DNA of 64,000 bases from NCBI GenBank assembly GCA_021789595.1, contig JAJYJJ010000009.1, positions 1,274 through 65,273 on the forward strand, given 5' to 3'. This document shows, piece by piece, positions 36,148-45,835 of this stretch. This DNA is from Nitrospirota bacterium. GTDB taxonomy: Bacteria > Nitrospirota > Thermodesulfovibrionia > UBA6902 > JAJYJJ01. The notes beneath the pieces are model-generated. The model was given only the letters and a program-made list of their open reading frames with translations. It had not been told where the DNA came from and ran no database searches. Within the stretch, counting starts at the first letter, position 1; every line of letters begins with the position of its first letter. Made by a program: the position numbers and the translations under genes.

Positions 36148-37107
36148 ATGATAGATCTTCTCGAAACCATCCTTGAAGAATCCACATTTGATGGGCTGAC
36201 AAGTGTAGAGACGGCCATTACACTTGTCAATGAGGACATATACCGTCTTATGGATCTATCAAACAGGTTGAGGCAGGGCTTCAGGGGCAATAGGATTGAT
36301 ATCTGCTCTATTGTTAATGCAAAGTCAGGTGCATGCACCGAAGACTGCCACTATTGTGCACAGTCTGCAAAAAGCAACGCAGGGGTAAAGGTCTACCCCC
36401 TCTTACCGGATGAGATAATTACTGAAGCGGCAAGGGCTGCAATGGAAAATGGTGCAAAGAGGTTCTGCATCGTTACAAGTGGTAAAAAGGTCAACAATGA
36501 TGATCTTAAGAGGATATGCAGGGTTGTTACACAGATAAGGGAGCTTGGGCTGCTTCCATGCGCTACACTTGGTCTTTTAAATAGAGACGAGCTTATGGAG
36601 TTAAAGGATGCCGGCCTTGAAAGGTTTCACCACAATATTGAGACCTCAAGGGATTTCTTCCCGAGGATATGCAGAACCCACAGATATGAGGATAAACTCA
36701 TGACAATAGAGGCTGTGAAGGATACAGGCCTTTCGCTCTGTTCAGGCGGGATCTTTGGCATGGGAGAGTCATGGAAGGACAGGATAGAAATGGCCTTTGA
36801 ACTGAGGGAAATAGGTGCTGATTCGATTCCAATAAACTTTCTTACCCCAATAAAGGGAACCCTCCTTGGCGATATGGAAATGCTTTCACCAATCGAGGCG
36901 CTGAGGATCATAAGCCTCTACCGACTCATCCTTCCATCAAAGGAAATAAGGGTCTGTGGTGGAAGGAATGTGGTATTAAGAGAATTAAATTCTTTTATAT
37001 TCATGGCAGGCGCAAATGGATTTCTCATCGGCAATTACCTCACAACCACAGGCAGGGAGCCAAAGGCTGACCTGAAACTCCTTGATGACCTGAACCTTGA
37101 GAGATAA
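36148..37107 (+). CDS. bioB: biotin synthase
   Basis: Radical-SAM 'CTEDCHYCAQS' and typical BioB length and patterning (319 aa). Confidence 0.9.
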   Translation: MIDLLETILEESTFDGLTSVETAITLVNEDIYRLMDLSNRLRQGFRGNRIDICSIVNAKSGACTEDCHYCAQSAKSNAGVKVYPLLPDEIITEAARAAMENGAKRFCIVTSGKKVNNDDLKRICRVVTQIRELGLLPCATLGLLNRDELMELKDAGLERFHHNIETSRDFFPRICRTHRYEDKLMTIEAVKDTGLSLCSGGIFGMGESWKDRIEMAFELREIGADSIPINFLTPIKGTLLGDMEMLSPIEALRIISLYRLILPSKEIRVCGGRNVVLRELNSFIFMAGANGFLIGNYLTTTGREPKADLKLLDDLNLER

Positions 37108-37954
37108 TTTATACAGCCTTCGAATGAGGGCATCAAAGGGCGGCCTTCATATCTCAGGCGCAGAGGGCATATTCACAGAAGATGCAATCCCAAGAAGAAT
37201 GAAAGACTTCTATCTCCGTGCTATACATCATGAAAGGGGTAAACCCTCTGAGATACATATAACCGCCACGGCCTTGAAATCCCGGCCAATCATAATAAAA
37301 ACCCTTCCCCTGATCACTGTCGAAACAAAAAATCCAGCCGATGCCATAAGAACTGCATCCAGCATCCTGAGCCTTAAAGGGATATCAAAGGATGCAATAG
37401 ACCTTGCAATAAATGGTATTTTTAAGGGTCATGTCATGCGGGGGGCTATGATTGTTGATGCAGAAGATGCCATACGACTGGAGCCTGACAGACAAAGAGG
37501 TGTAAGGGCATCCATGCTCGGCATTAAAGATGAGGCATACCGGATATTATCAAAAAGGCTCTCAAGACTCGGAATCAACAATGTGACAGTCAGGGATGCC
37601 TTAATACTTGCCTCAAAGGTGGCCTCTCACCTCTGTATCCTTGGAGAGCTCTGCGTATCTGATGACCCTACATATACAACAGGCTATGTTGCAACAGGGG
37701 ATTATGGATACATAAGACTGCCCAATATAAAGCGCTACGGCCTTAAAAAAGGAGGACGGGCATTCTTTATAAAAAAAGGAACGAATATCAAAAAACTGGT
37801 AGAATATCTCGAAGAAACACCTGCAATGGTTGGTGAGGTTTCTGAATGCAGGGCAACCATAACCATGGAGGAGTTCAGTGATATCCTTGATAGGAAACCC
37901 TGTAGCAGGAAAGGGTTCATTAAAAAAGATTGCAAAGGCAGAAGCACTGCTTAA
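37097..37954 (+). CDS. bioW: 6-carboxyhexanoate-CoA ligase (pimeloyl-CoA synthetase)
   Basis: 'YSLRMRAS', 'LASKVASHLCILGELCVSDDPTYTTGYVA' and 'GGRAFFIKKG' align with B. subtilis BioW. It has a ~30 aa C-terminal extension that overlaps the next gene. Confidence 0.7.
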   Translation: MRDNLYSLRMRASKGGLHISGAEGIFTEDAIPRRMKDFYLRAIHHERGKPSEIHITATALKSRPIIIKTLPLITVETKNPADAIRTASSILSLKGISKDAIDLAINGIFKGHVMRGAMIVDAEDAIRLEPDRQRGVRASMLGIKDEAYRILSKRLSRLGINNVTVRDALILASKVASHLCILGELCVSDDPTYTTGYVATGDYGYIRLPNIKRYGLKKGGRAFFIKKGTNIKKLVEYLEETPAMVGEVSECRATITMEEFSDILDRKPCSRKGFIKKDCKGRSTA

Positions 37955-38729
37955 GGCAAAAGGTATTGAGTTTAAGTCCTTTATAACAAGAAAAAGAGGA
38001 GATGCTGAATACTTTGCAAAAAGGGCTGTGGATGAAGGTGCAGGGCTTGTCATTGCTGCAGGGGGAGATGGGACATATAACGAGGTAATAAACGGCCTTG
38101 CACTTACAGATGTTCCAATGGCCATTGTTGCACTCGGGACAACCAATGTCCTTGCAAAGGAGCTCAATATACCAGAGGATGTAGAGGCTGCATTAAAGAC
38201 TGCCTTTGAAGGCAACATCCACCATGTCTCCCTTGGCAGGATTGATGGAAGGTTCTTTTCCCTGATGGCAGGTATTGGCTTTGATGGCAACGCGGTTTAC
38301 AGGGTTGGTCATGGATTAAAACGCCTTGGAAGGATTGGCTACATCCTGTCAGGCCTTAATGTCCTTTTGAATTACAGGCCAGAGGAGATAGAGCTGAGGA
38401 TTGATGACAGGGTACTCAGGGGCTATAGCGCAATCATCGGAAATGCAAGATGTTATGGAGGTAATTTTAATATCACTCCCAAGGCAGATATGCTTGAGCC
38501 TTTGTTAGACCTATGCCTTCTTATGGGAAACAAGAGGCGTGATATGCTAAGATATGTAATTGGTATATTTGCTAATGGACGCCATTTGAGGTTCAGGGAT
38601 GTGCATTATGAGAAGGTCAAGGGGATTGAGGTTATTGGGAATTCCCACATCCAGATAGACGGGGATTATTTCGGAAGACTACCTGTAAACATAGAGGTTG
38701 TTCCTGATGCACTCAGGCTCATCTGGTAA
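37878..38729 (+). CDS. DAGK_cat-family lipid kinase (YegS/DgkA-like)
   Basis: 'MISLIGNPVAGKGS', 'VIAAGGDGTYNEV' and a C-terminal accessory domain. Overlaps bioW by 77 bp. Confidence 0.7.
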   Translation: MISLIGNPVAGKGSLKKIAKAEALLKAKGIEFKSFITRKRGDAEYFAKRAVDEGAGLVIAAGGDGTYNEVINGLALTDVPMAIVALGTTNVLAKELNIPEDVEAALKTAFEGNIHHVSLGRIDGRFFSLMAGIGFDGNAVYRVGHGLKRLGRIGYILSGLNVLLNYRPEEIELRIDDRVLRGYSAIIGNARCYGGNFNITPKADMLEPLLDLCLLMGNKRRDMLRYVIGIFANGRHLRFRDVHYEKVKGIEVIGNSHIQIDGDYFGRLPVNIEVVPDALRLIW

Positions 38730-38747
38730 AGACATTCAGGAGGGGAT

Positions 38748-40073
38748 ATGAATATGGGCAGATTTGAAAGAGACCTCATAAGATTTCCAGAGGCCATTGA
38801 TGATGAGGATTATGTAATCGTTACCTATTATCTTGAAACAGCAATGGATATTGAAAAGGCAGCCAATGCCTTTGCAGCAGAACAGTCAACAGGAACATGG
38901 CAGAGGGTTGGCTATGAAACTGATGACCTGAGAGAAAAACACGGCGCAAAGGTCATCGGCATCTATCCCATCCCTGGCGAATGTCCTCAGAATCTTCCAA
39001 GCGGCACGACCATGAAGGAGTTTGGTGCTGGCAATAGATGCATTAGGGCGTCAGTCTTAAGATTGGCCTTCCCGCACATAAACTTTGGCCCTAAGATTCC
39101 AAACCTCCTTACAGCAGTGGCAGGGAATCTCTATGAGATGGGTTCATTTACAGCCATAAAGCTCATTGATATAGAGTTCCCAGATTCCTACCTCAAGGAT
39201 TTTACAGGACCAAGATTCGGGGTAAAGGTCTGCAGAGACATCCTCGGTGTTTATGGCAGACCACTGATAGGGGCCATTATTAAACCATGTGTAGGTCTGA
39301 GTGCAGAAAGGCTTGCAGAGCTTGCATACCAGGGAGCAAAAGGAGGTCTTGACTTTATCAAGGACGATGAACTCCTTGCTGATACAACATATAACTCGAT
39401 AAAAGACAGGGTAAAACATGTGATGGCAGCCTTAAAGAGGGCAGATGAGGAAAAGGGCGAAAAGACCATGTATGCCTTTAATATCACAGACAGGCTGGAC
39501 AGGGTTAAGGAGCTCCATGATATTGTTGTAGAAAATGGCGGCAACTGTGTGATGCTTAATGCTGCAACCATCGGGCTTGAGGCAATGAGGGAGCTTGCTG
39601 AATACACAGAGGTCCCCATACACTGCCACAGGGACTTTGCACCAATGTGGGCAAGGAGTCCCTATCTTGGGATCTCATTTCCAGCCCTAACAAAACTCTT
39701 CAGGCTGTGCGGTGCAGACCAGATACACTGCGGCGCAATACAGGGCAAACTATACGAGACAGACGAGGAAGTCGTTACGAATATGAGGGCATGCACCCTT
39801 GAATTTGGAGGTATAAAGGATGCAATGCCTGTTAGCTCTGGGGGCCAGTGGGCAGGCAAGTCACCTGTGAATGCAAGAAAGATAGGACACTATGACTTCC
39901 TGCACCTTTCTGGCGGAGGCATCTATGCACATCCTGATGGTGCAGAGGCAGGTGCAAGAAGCGTAAGGCAGGCATGGGATGCTGTTTTAAAAGGGATCCG
40001 ATTAGAGGATTATGCAAAGGAAAAAAGAGAGCTCGCAAGGGCTATTGAACACTTCGGAAGTGTGATATACTGA
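38748..40073 (+). CDS. rbcL: ribulose-1,5-bisphosphate carboxylase large-subunit family, form III-like with complete catalytic residue set
   Basis: Catalytic residues are all present: 'AAEQSTGTWQ' (E60/T65 equivalents), 'VAGNLYEM' (N123), 'IIKPCVGLS' (K175), 'GGLDFIKDDE' (K201/D203/E204), 'IHCHRDF' (H294/R295), 'ADQIHCGAIQGKL' (H327/K334), 'VSSGGQ' and 'SGGGIYAHPDG'. The C-terminus 'HPDGAEAGARSVRQAWDAVLKGIRLEDYAKEKRELARAIEHFG' is near-identical in pattern to archaeal form III enzymes as I recall them. Confidence 0.75.
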   Translation: MNMGRFERDLIRFPEAIDDEDYVIVTYYLETAMDIEKAANAFAAEQSTGTWQRVGYETDDLREKHGAKVIGIYPIPGECPQNLPSGTTMKEFGAGNRCIRASVLRLAFPHINFGPKIPNLLTAVAGNLYEMGSFTAIKLIDIEFPDSYLKDFTGPRFGVKVCRDILGVYGRPLIGAIIKPCVGLSAERLAELAYQGAKGGLDFIKDDELLADTTYNSIKDRVKHVMAALKRADEEKGEKTMYAFNITDRLDRVKELHDIVVENGGNCVMLNAATIGLEAMRELAEYTEVPIHCHRDFAPMWARSPYLGISFPALTKLFRLCGADQIHCGAIQGKLYETDEEVVTNMRACTLEFGGIKDAMPVSSGGQWAGKSPVNARKIGHYDFLHLSGGGIYAHPDGAEAGARSVRQAWDAVLKGIRLEDYAKEKRELARAIEHFGSVIY

Positions 40074-40080
40074 ATACGCC

Positions 40081-41454
40081 ATGGCTGTAAAAGGTATCTT
40101 GGAGGCCATTGCTCGATTCATCGAAAAGGAACATATCCTTTCCTGCAAGGAAGACCTCATATGCTATTCATCTGATGCAACATACCATAATGCCATGCCT
40201 GATGTAGTGGTCATCCCTGAGGAAAAGAGGGAGATAATACAAGTCCTGAGGTTTGCAAACAGCGAGAGGATACCTGTTACTCCAAGGGGTGCAGGCACAG
40301 GGCTTTCTGGTGGGGCATTGCCAGTCAGAGGAGGTATCGTCCTTGCTACAACGAGGTTAAATCGCATCATAGACATAGATGAATCAAATCTCTATGCTGT
40401 TGTCGAACCAGGTGTGATAACAGCATCACTACACTCAGAGGTGGAGCAGAGGGGATTATTTTATCCGCCTGACCCATCAAGCCTCAGGGTATGCACAATA
40501 GGCGGTAATCTCGGCCACTCAGCAGGCGGGCCAAGAGGACTCAAATACGGTATAACAAGAAATTATGTAATGGGGCTTGAGGTTGTCCTTCCCCAGGGTA
40601 AGATAATAAACACAGGTGCAAGGACTGTTAAGAGTGTCTCAGGTTATGACCTGACAAGGCTCATGACAGGCTCAGAAGGGACATTGGGAGTTATTACAAA
40701 GGCACTGCTTAGACTTATACCGAAACCAGAGGCCTCCATGACATTCATGGCATTTTTTGACAGCATCTCTCTCGCAGCGGATGCGGTGGTTGGAATAATC
40801 AAAAAAGGCATCCTTCCAACAAGCCTTGAATTCATGGACGGCACAACAATAAAGGCGATAATCCAGTATAAGTCCATAGAACTGCCAGAGGATGCAGATG
40901 CAGCACTCCTTATAGAGGTAGATGGCTTTGAATCAGAGGTAAAAAGGCAGGCAGCGCTTCTTATGGATGTCCTTCATGGTTCGGGTGCAAGGGGCATACA
41001 TTCCGCAAAGGATAAAACGGAAATGGAAGATATGTGGAATGCGCGCAGGATGGCCCTCCCTGCCCTTTCAAGGATAAGGCCAAGCACAATCTTAGAGGAT
41101 GCCACTGTGCCAAGGCATCAGGTTCCAATAATGGTAAGGGCAATACAGGGCCTTTCTATAAAATATGATATTCCAATTGGTATTTTTGGCCATGCAGGTG
41201 ACGGCAACCTGCATCCAACCATACTTACAGATGTCCATGATAAGGACGAGATGGAAAAGGTGGATAAGGTTATAGAGGAGATATTTGAGATTGCCCTTTC
41301 CCTCGGTGGAACCCTTACAGGTGAGCACGGCATTGGGGTGAGCAAGGCAAGGTTTCTCAAAAAAGAGATTGGTGAAGAAGGCATTCGGCTTATGAGGGCA
41401 ATCAGGAATATCTTTGACCCAAATGGTATAATGAACCCCGGGAAGATATGCTGA
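40081..41454 (+). CDS. FAD-binding oxidoreductase, GlcD/D-lactate dehydrogenase family (glycolate oxidase subunit-like)
   Basis: 457 aa with FAD_binding_4 'PRGAGTGLSGGALP' and FAD-oxidase_C 'GHAGDGNLHP...GEHGIG'. Confidence 0.8.
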   Translation: MAVKGILEAIARFIEKEHILSCKEDLICYSSDATYHNAMPDVVVIPEEKREIIQVLRFANSERIPVTPRGAGTGLSGGALPVRGGIVLATTRLNRIIDIDESNLYAVVEPGVITASLHSEVEQRGLFYPPDPSSLRVCTIGGNLGHSAGGPRGLKYGITRNYVMGLEVVLPQGKIINTGARTVKSVSGYDLTRLMTGSEGTLGVITKALLRLIPKPEASMTFMAFFDSISLAADAVVGIIKKGILPTSLEFMDGTTIKAIIQYKSIELPEDADAALLIEVDGFESEVKRQAALLMDVLHGSGARGIHSAKDKTEMEDMWNARRMALPALSRIRPSTILEDATVPRHQVPIMVRAIQGLSIKYDIPIGIFGHAGDGNLHPTILTDVHDKDEMEKVDKVIEEIFEIALSLGGTLTGEHGIGVSKARFLKKEIGEEGIRLMRAIRNIFDPNGIMNPGKIC

Positions 41455-42110
41455 GACAATGCCTTAAGCTGTTTAAACAGTCCTATATCAGGCGGGTTGC
41501 AGCGTCTTTCTGGCTCCTGATTATTGGCATCTGGCTTATGACTCCGCCTATCGCAACAGCCATTGATAACAAACCGCTCAAGGCAATATTGAAGGAAAAA
41601 GGGATATACCGCATAGATGAGCCGAGGATCGTCATAAAAAAATTAACATATGAGCTCATCCTCTTTGACGGCAGCAGGGAATTAAAGACCTATTCTATCT
41701 ACCTTGGAAGCGATGAGAATAACGACAAGGAGGTCCGCGGTGATAGAAATACACCTGAGGGCGAGTTTTATATATGCATGCGGAAAAAGAGCAAAAGATT
41801 TTACAGATTTCTCGGACTCAGCTACCCTGACCTGAAAAGGGCAGAATACGGCCTCAGACATAACCTGATTACAGAGTATGATTACTGGCGGATTTTCCAG
41901 GCTATAAACGATAAAAAACAACCGCCATGGAATACAAGACTCGGAGGGTTTATAGGAATCCATGGAATGGGGAAGAAAAGGGAAAAGATATTAAGGGATC
42001 TGCCCTTCAAGATAAACTGGACAAAGGGCTGTATTGCACTTTCAGACAGGGATATAGAGGAGATATTCTCAGTTGCAAGGATTGGCACGCCTGTGATAAT
42101 AACTCAATAA
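41448..42110 (+). CDS. L,D-transpeptidase (YkuD family) with signal anchor
   Basis: 'GGFIGIHGMG' and the catalytic 'TKGCIAL' motif. Confidence 0.65.
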   Translation: MLRQCLKLFKQSYIRRVAASFWLLIIGIWLMTPPIATAIDNKPLKAILKEKGIYRIDEPRIVIKKLTYELILFDGSRELKTYSIYLGSDENNDKEVRGDRNTPEGEFYICMRKKSKRFYRFLGLSYPDLKRAEYGLRHNLITEYDYWRIFQAINDKKQPPWNTRLGGFIGIHGMGKKREKILRDLPFKINWTKGCIALSDRDIEEIFSVARIGTPVIITQ

Positions 42111-42115
42111 TAAGA

Positions 42116-42571
42116 TTAGGGCCCGTGCCCTGTCCATATACCAGCACCAACCGCAATAAGGCTAAGGATTAAAAGAAACCAGTGAAATACCTGGAGCCTG
42201 AAGAATACCCGGGATGCATCCATATCCTTTGAAAAGAGGGTTTTAAAGATTATCGGCTCAAAGATAAAGAGTATGAGGACATATGTAGTCCATGCAACAA
42301 TCATTACCCATATCCCTATGCCTCTACCAGTAAGCAGGAAAGACATGCCCATCCTGTAAAGGAGAAACAGTCCTGTTATTCCTGCAGTTATGGAATATAT
42401 CTTTGCAAGCCGTGCAAACCTGTGTTCAACCCCCTGAAACATAATGGCCTTTTCAATAGAGCCCGCTGTCCGCATGATTATCGGAAACATCACCATGGTC
42501 ACAAACGCAACGCCGCCAATCCATAAAACTACTGATATGACATGGATAATCAGCAATAGTGTAAAGAGCAT
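42116..42571 (-). CDS. small integral membrane protein of unknown function (4 TM)
   Basis: 151 aa, strongly hydrophobic helices, no motif recognised. Confidence 0.4.
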   Translation of the reverse strand: MLFTLLLIIHVISVVLWIGGVAFVTMVMFPIIMRTAGSIEKAIMFQGVEHRFARLAKIYSITAGITGLFLLYRMGMSFLLTGRGIGIWVMIVAWTTYVLILFIFEPIIFKTLFSKDMDASRVFFRLQVFHWFLLILSLIAVGAGIWTGHGP

Positions 42572-42662
42572 TGATCGCCTCCTCTCTAAATAATCTGGTT
42601 ATCAAAATATAACTTCATGCCTATCAGTCTGCAAGCCATAGGACAAACACCACATAATCTAA

Positions 42663-42737
42663 TGGAGCCGGCGGGGAGGATCGAACTCCCGACCTGCTGA
42701 TTACGAATCAGCTGCTCTACCTCTGAGCTACGCCGGC
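42663..42737 (-). tRNA. tRNA-Thr (anticodon CGU), CCA encoded
   Basis: The reverse complement folds as a cloverleaf: acceptor GCCGGCG/CGCCGGC, D-arm GCTC..GAGC, anticodon arm GCTGA-TTCGTAA-TCAGC (anticodon CGT), T-arm GGGAG-TTCGATC-CTCCC, then CCA. Confidence 0.85.
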
Positions 42738-42952
42738 GTACATCGGTTTAAAGTTTACAACAATCAAAGATAATAGCACAGGATTTCGAATATTTTATTA
42801 GCTATAATCTCTCTTTGTCAATCACTCGAAATTTATAAAGTTCATTTGAAAGTTGAAAATTTGACAGTCTGCCCTGCCCACTTGACACATTTAATGTGAA
42901 AGCAGTATATTTTAACTAGGACACAGAGGTCTACGAACAAAAAGGAGCTAAT

Positions 42953-45391
42953 ATGTTTGAGAAATTCACTGAGCGAGGACGCAAGGTGATAATCTATGCA
43001 AGGGAAGAGGCCGAGAAAAGACAGAACGACTACTTAGGAACAGAACACCTGCTCCTTGCAATCCTGAGAGAAGACGACAGCCTACCAGCATTGATCCTGA
43101 AAAAGATGGGGCTCTCAATAGATGAGATCAGGATAGAAGTAGAGCGGAATCTACCATCGGGGACAAATCTACTTACCTTTGGCGACATACCATTTACACC
43201 AAGGGCAAAAAAGGTTCTTGAACTTGCCGTAGAAGAGGCCAGACTCCTCGGCCACAACTATATAGGCAGCGAACACCTTCTGCTCGGGATTATAAGAGAA
43301 GATGAAGGTATAGCTGGAAAAATCCTGAGGAGCCTTGGCGCTAATCTCCTCGGTGCAAGACAGCTTGCCATAAACTTTGCCCTGCGCGGACAGCCGCAAA
43401 CAAAGGAACGAAAGAGCCAGACACCTGCCCTTGATGAATTCGGCAGGGATCTCACAAACCTTGCACGACAGGGAAAACTCGACCCGGTTATCGGCAGAGA
43501 GGATGAGATAGAAAGGGTATTGCAGATACTTTCAAGAAGGATAAAGAACAACCCTGCAATAATAGGAGAGTCTGGTGTTGGGAAGACAGCTATTGTTGAG
43601 GGCCTTGCCCAGAGGATTGTGGCAGGGGATGTACCAGAAAACCTTCTGAACAAGAGGATTGTGGCCCTTGACCTCGGCGCGCTTATTGCAGGGACAAAAT
43701 ACCGTGGCCAGTTTGAGGAAAGACTCAAATTTGTCATGAAGGAGATCATGCAGTCAGACAATATAATACTGTTTGTGGATGAGTTTCACACACTTGTTGG
43801 CGCAGGCGCTGCAGAGGGGTCAATAGATGCATCCAGCATGTTAAAACCTGCTCTCTCAAGGGGTGAGATACAATGTATTGGCGCAACCACTCCAGATGAG
43901 TTCAGAAAATACATAGAAAAAGACGGTGCACTTGAGCGGAGATTCCAGCCGATATTCCTCCAGCCGCCATCGGTTGATGAGACAATAAAGATACTGAAGG
44001 GGCTTAAAAGCCGCTACGAGATGCATCACAGGGTCAAGATTACGGATGAAGCAATTGCTGCGGCTGTCAAATTATCAGACCGCTACATATCTGAGAGGTT
44101 TCTTCCTGATAAGGCCATTGATGTCATTGACGAGACAGGTGCAAGAATAAAACTCAGAAAATATACCGTTCCCCAGGACCTTAAGGAACTTGAAAAGGAT
44201 ACAAAACGCCTGGCTAAGGAAAAAGCCCTCTACATAAAACTACATGATTTTGAAAAGGCAGCTTCCATCAGAAGCGAAGAAGAACGGATAAAGAGGCTTT
44301 ACAACGAGCGATACCAGAAATGGAAGGAAAATCAGCAAAAAGAAATGCCAATTCTTCAGGAGGAGGATGTGGCCTATACTGTCTCAAAGATAACAGGCAT
44401 ACCTCTTTTCAAGCTCGAAGAAAAGGAAACAGAGAAGCTTGTCCGCATGGAGGCTGAACTTCATAAGAGGATAATCGCCCAGGAAGAGGCTATAAAGGCT
44501 GTATCAAATGCCATCAGGCGTTCAAGGGCAGGGATTAAAACAAGAAAGAGGCCTATAGGTTCGTTCTTTTTCCTTGGTCCAACAGGGGTTGGAAAGACAG
44601 AACTCGCAAAGGCACTTGCGGAGTTTCTATTCAATGACGAATCATCGCTCATAAAGATAGATATGTCTGAATATATGGAACGGTTTAATGTATCGAGGCT
44701 TACAGGCGCCCCGCCCGGCTATGTAGGGTATGAAGAGGGAGGACAGTTAACCGAAAGGGTAAGGAGAAAGCCGTATGTTGTGATACTATTTGATGAGATA
44801 GAAAAGGCACATCCGGATGTCTTTAACATCCTGCTACAGGTTCTTGACGAAGGGGTTCTGACAGACAGTTTTGGCAGAAAGGTAGACTTCAGGAACACTG
44901 TGATAATAATGACATCCAATCTTGGCGCAAGATATATAGAAAAGGCGACACCCCTCGGCTTTCAGAAGGGAACTGCCGAGGATGCATACAAAAAGATAAA
45001 GGACAGCATACTTGATGAGCTCAAAAAGACATTCAATCCCGAATTCCTGAACCGTGTTGATGAGACTGTGGTATTCCATCAGCTCGGGAAAGAGCATCTT
45101 ATAAAGATTATTGACCTCTTGATAAATGAGGTAAACAAGCAATTAATAGAGCAAGACCTTGCCATAGAGGTAAGCGACGAGGTAAAGGAATGGATACTGG
45201 AACACTATTATCAGCCAAATTACGGCGCAAGACCTATGAGAAGGGCTATCCAGAAATGTATAGAAGACCCGCTTTCAGAAGAGCTCCTCAGAGGAAACTT
45301 CAAGGGCACAAAAAAGATACGGGTCATCCTGGAGGGCAATTCACCAGTATTTGTTGAGAGCGAGGCAGAGGTTCTCACTGGAGTAAATTAA
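42953..45391 (+). CDS. clpC: ATP-dependent Clp protease ATP-binding subunit ClpC
   Basis: 812 aa with Clp_N repeat pair, two AAA+ modules (Walker A 'GESGVGKT' and 'GPTGVGKT') and UVR-like linker '[25 protein letters not shown]'. Confidence 0.85.
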   Translation: MFEKFTERGRKVIIYAREEAEKRQNDYLGTEHLLLAILREDDSLPALILKKMGLSIDEIRIEVERNLPSGTNLLTFGDIPFTPRAKKVLELAVEEARLLGHNYIGSEHLLLGIIREDEGIAGKILRSLGANLLGARQLAINFALRGQPQTKERKSQTPALDEFGRDLTNLARQGKLDPVIGREDEIERVLQILSRRIKNNPAIIGESGVGKTAIVEGLAQRIVAGDVPENLLNKRIVALDLGALIAGTKYRGQFEERLKFVMKEIMQSDNIILFVDEFHTLVGAGAAEGSIDASSMLKPALSRGEIQCIGATTPDEFRKYIEKDGALERRFQPIFLQPPSVDETIKILKGLKSRYEMHHRVKITDEAIAAAVKLSDRYISERFLPDKAIDVIDETGARIKLRKYTVPQDLKELEKDTKRLAKEKALYIKLHDFEKAASIRSEEERIKRLYNERYQKWKENQQKEMPILQEEDVAYTVSKITGIPLFKLEEKETEKLVRMEAELHKRIIAQEEAIKAVSNAIRRSRAGIKTRKRPIGSFFFLGPTGVGKTELAKALAEFLFNDESSLIKIDMSEYMERFNVSRLTGAPPGYVGYEEGGQLTERVRRKPYVVILFDEIEKAHPDVFNILLQVLDEGVLTDSFGRKVDFRNTVIIMTSNLGARYIEKATPLGFQKGTAEDAYKKIKDSILDELKKTFNPEFLNRVDETVVFHQLGKEHLIKIIDLLINEVNKQLIEQDLAIEVSDEVKEWILEHYYQPNYGARPMRRAIQKCIEDPLSEELLRGNFKGTKKIRVILEGNSPVFVESEAEVLTGVN

Positions 45392-45455
45392 CAGAAAACA
45401 AAGACCTGCCACGGCCGTAATAAAGCAGCACTCTTCCCACAGCAGAGCGCTGTAG

Positions 45456-45824
45456 TTATTTATAGTAGGTTGCTCCAGCAGTTGCCGATTCCCATACCAT
45501 TACTGCAGATACCTCTATATCGCCGTCCTCGATCTTTTTACTCAGGGAATCGTATATCCACCTTGCAATATTTTCAGAGGATGGATTTAGCTCTGTAAAT
45601 GGAAAAACCTCATTTAAGCAGGCATGCTCAATTGGCAATAATATCTCGTCTGTCATCTTCTTCAGTTTGTGGAAGTCTATAGCAAGGCCTATCTCATCAA
45701 GGTGCTCTGCTGTAACAAACACCTGAACCTTCCAGTTATGCCCGTGAAGCCTCTCACACTTTCCCATATAGCCCCTTAATTGATGGGCTGCTGAAAAATT
45801 TGTTTCTATCATAAGTTCATACAT
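45456..45824 (-). CDS. queD: 6-carboxy-5,6,7,8-tetrahydropterin synthase (QueD / PTPS family)
   Basis: 122 aa with 'FSAAHQL...CERLHGHNWKV' zinc-binding CxxH/HGH signature. Confidence 0.8.
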   Translation of the reverse strand: MYELMIETNFSAAHQLRGYMGKCERLHGHNWKVQVFVTAEHLDEIGLAIDFHKLKKMTDEILLPIEHACLNEVFPFTELNPSSENIARWIYDSLSKKIEDGDIEVSAVMVWESATAGATYYK

Positions 45825-45835
45825 AAACTATCCTC

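Noticed and set aside
38748-40073. Calling the rbcL-family gene a form IV RuBisCO-like protein
   Set aside because: RuBisCO-like proteins characteristically lose several of the K175, K201, H294, H327, K334 and S379 equivalents. All of these appear conserved here, so a bona fide carboxylase is the better reading.
42738-42952. Possible CtsR or CIRCE operator upstream of clpC (ttgacagtc...ttgacaca; ttagcacagg...ttagcta)
   Set aside because: Neither matches the CtsR heptad direct repeat (A/GGTCAAA-N3-A/GGTCAAA) nor the CIRCE inverted repeat (TTAGCACTC-N9-GAGTGCTAA) closely enough to report.
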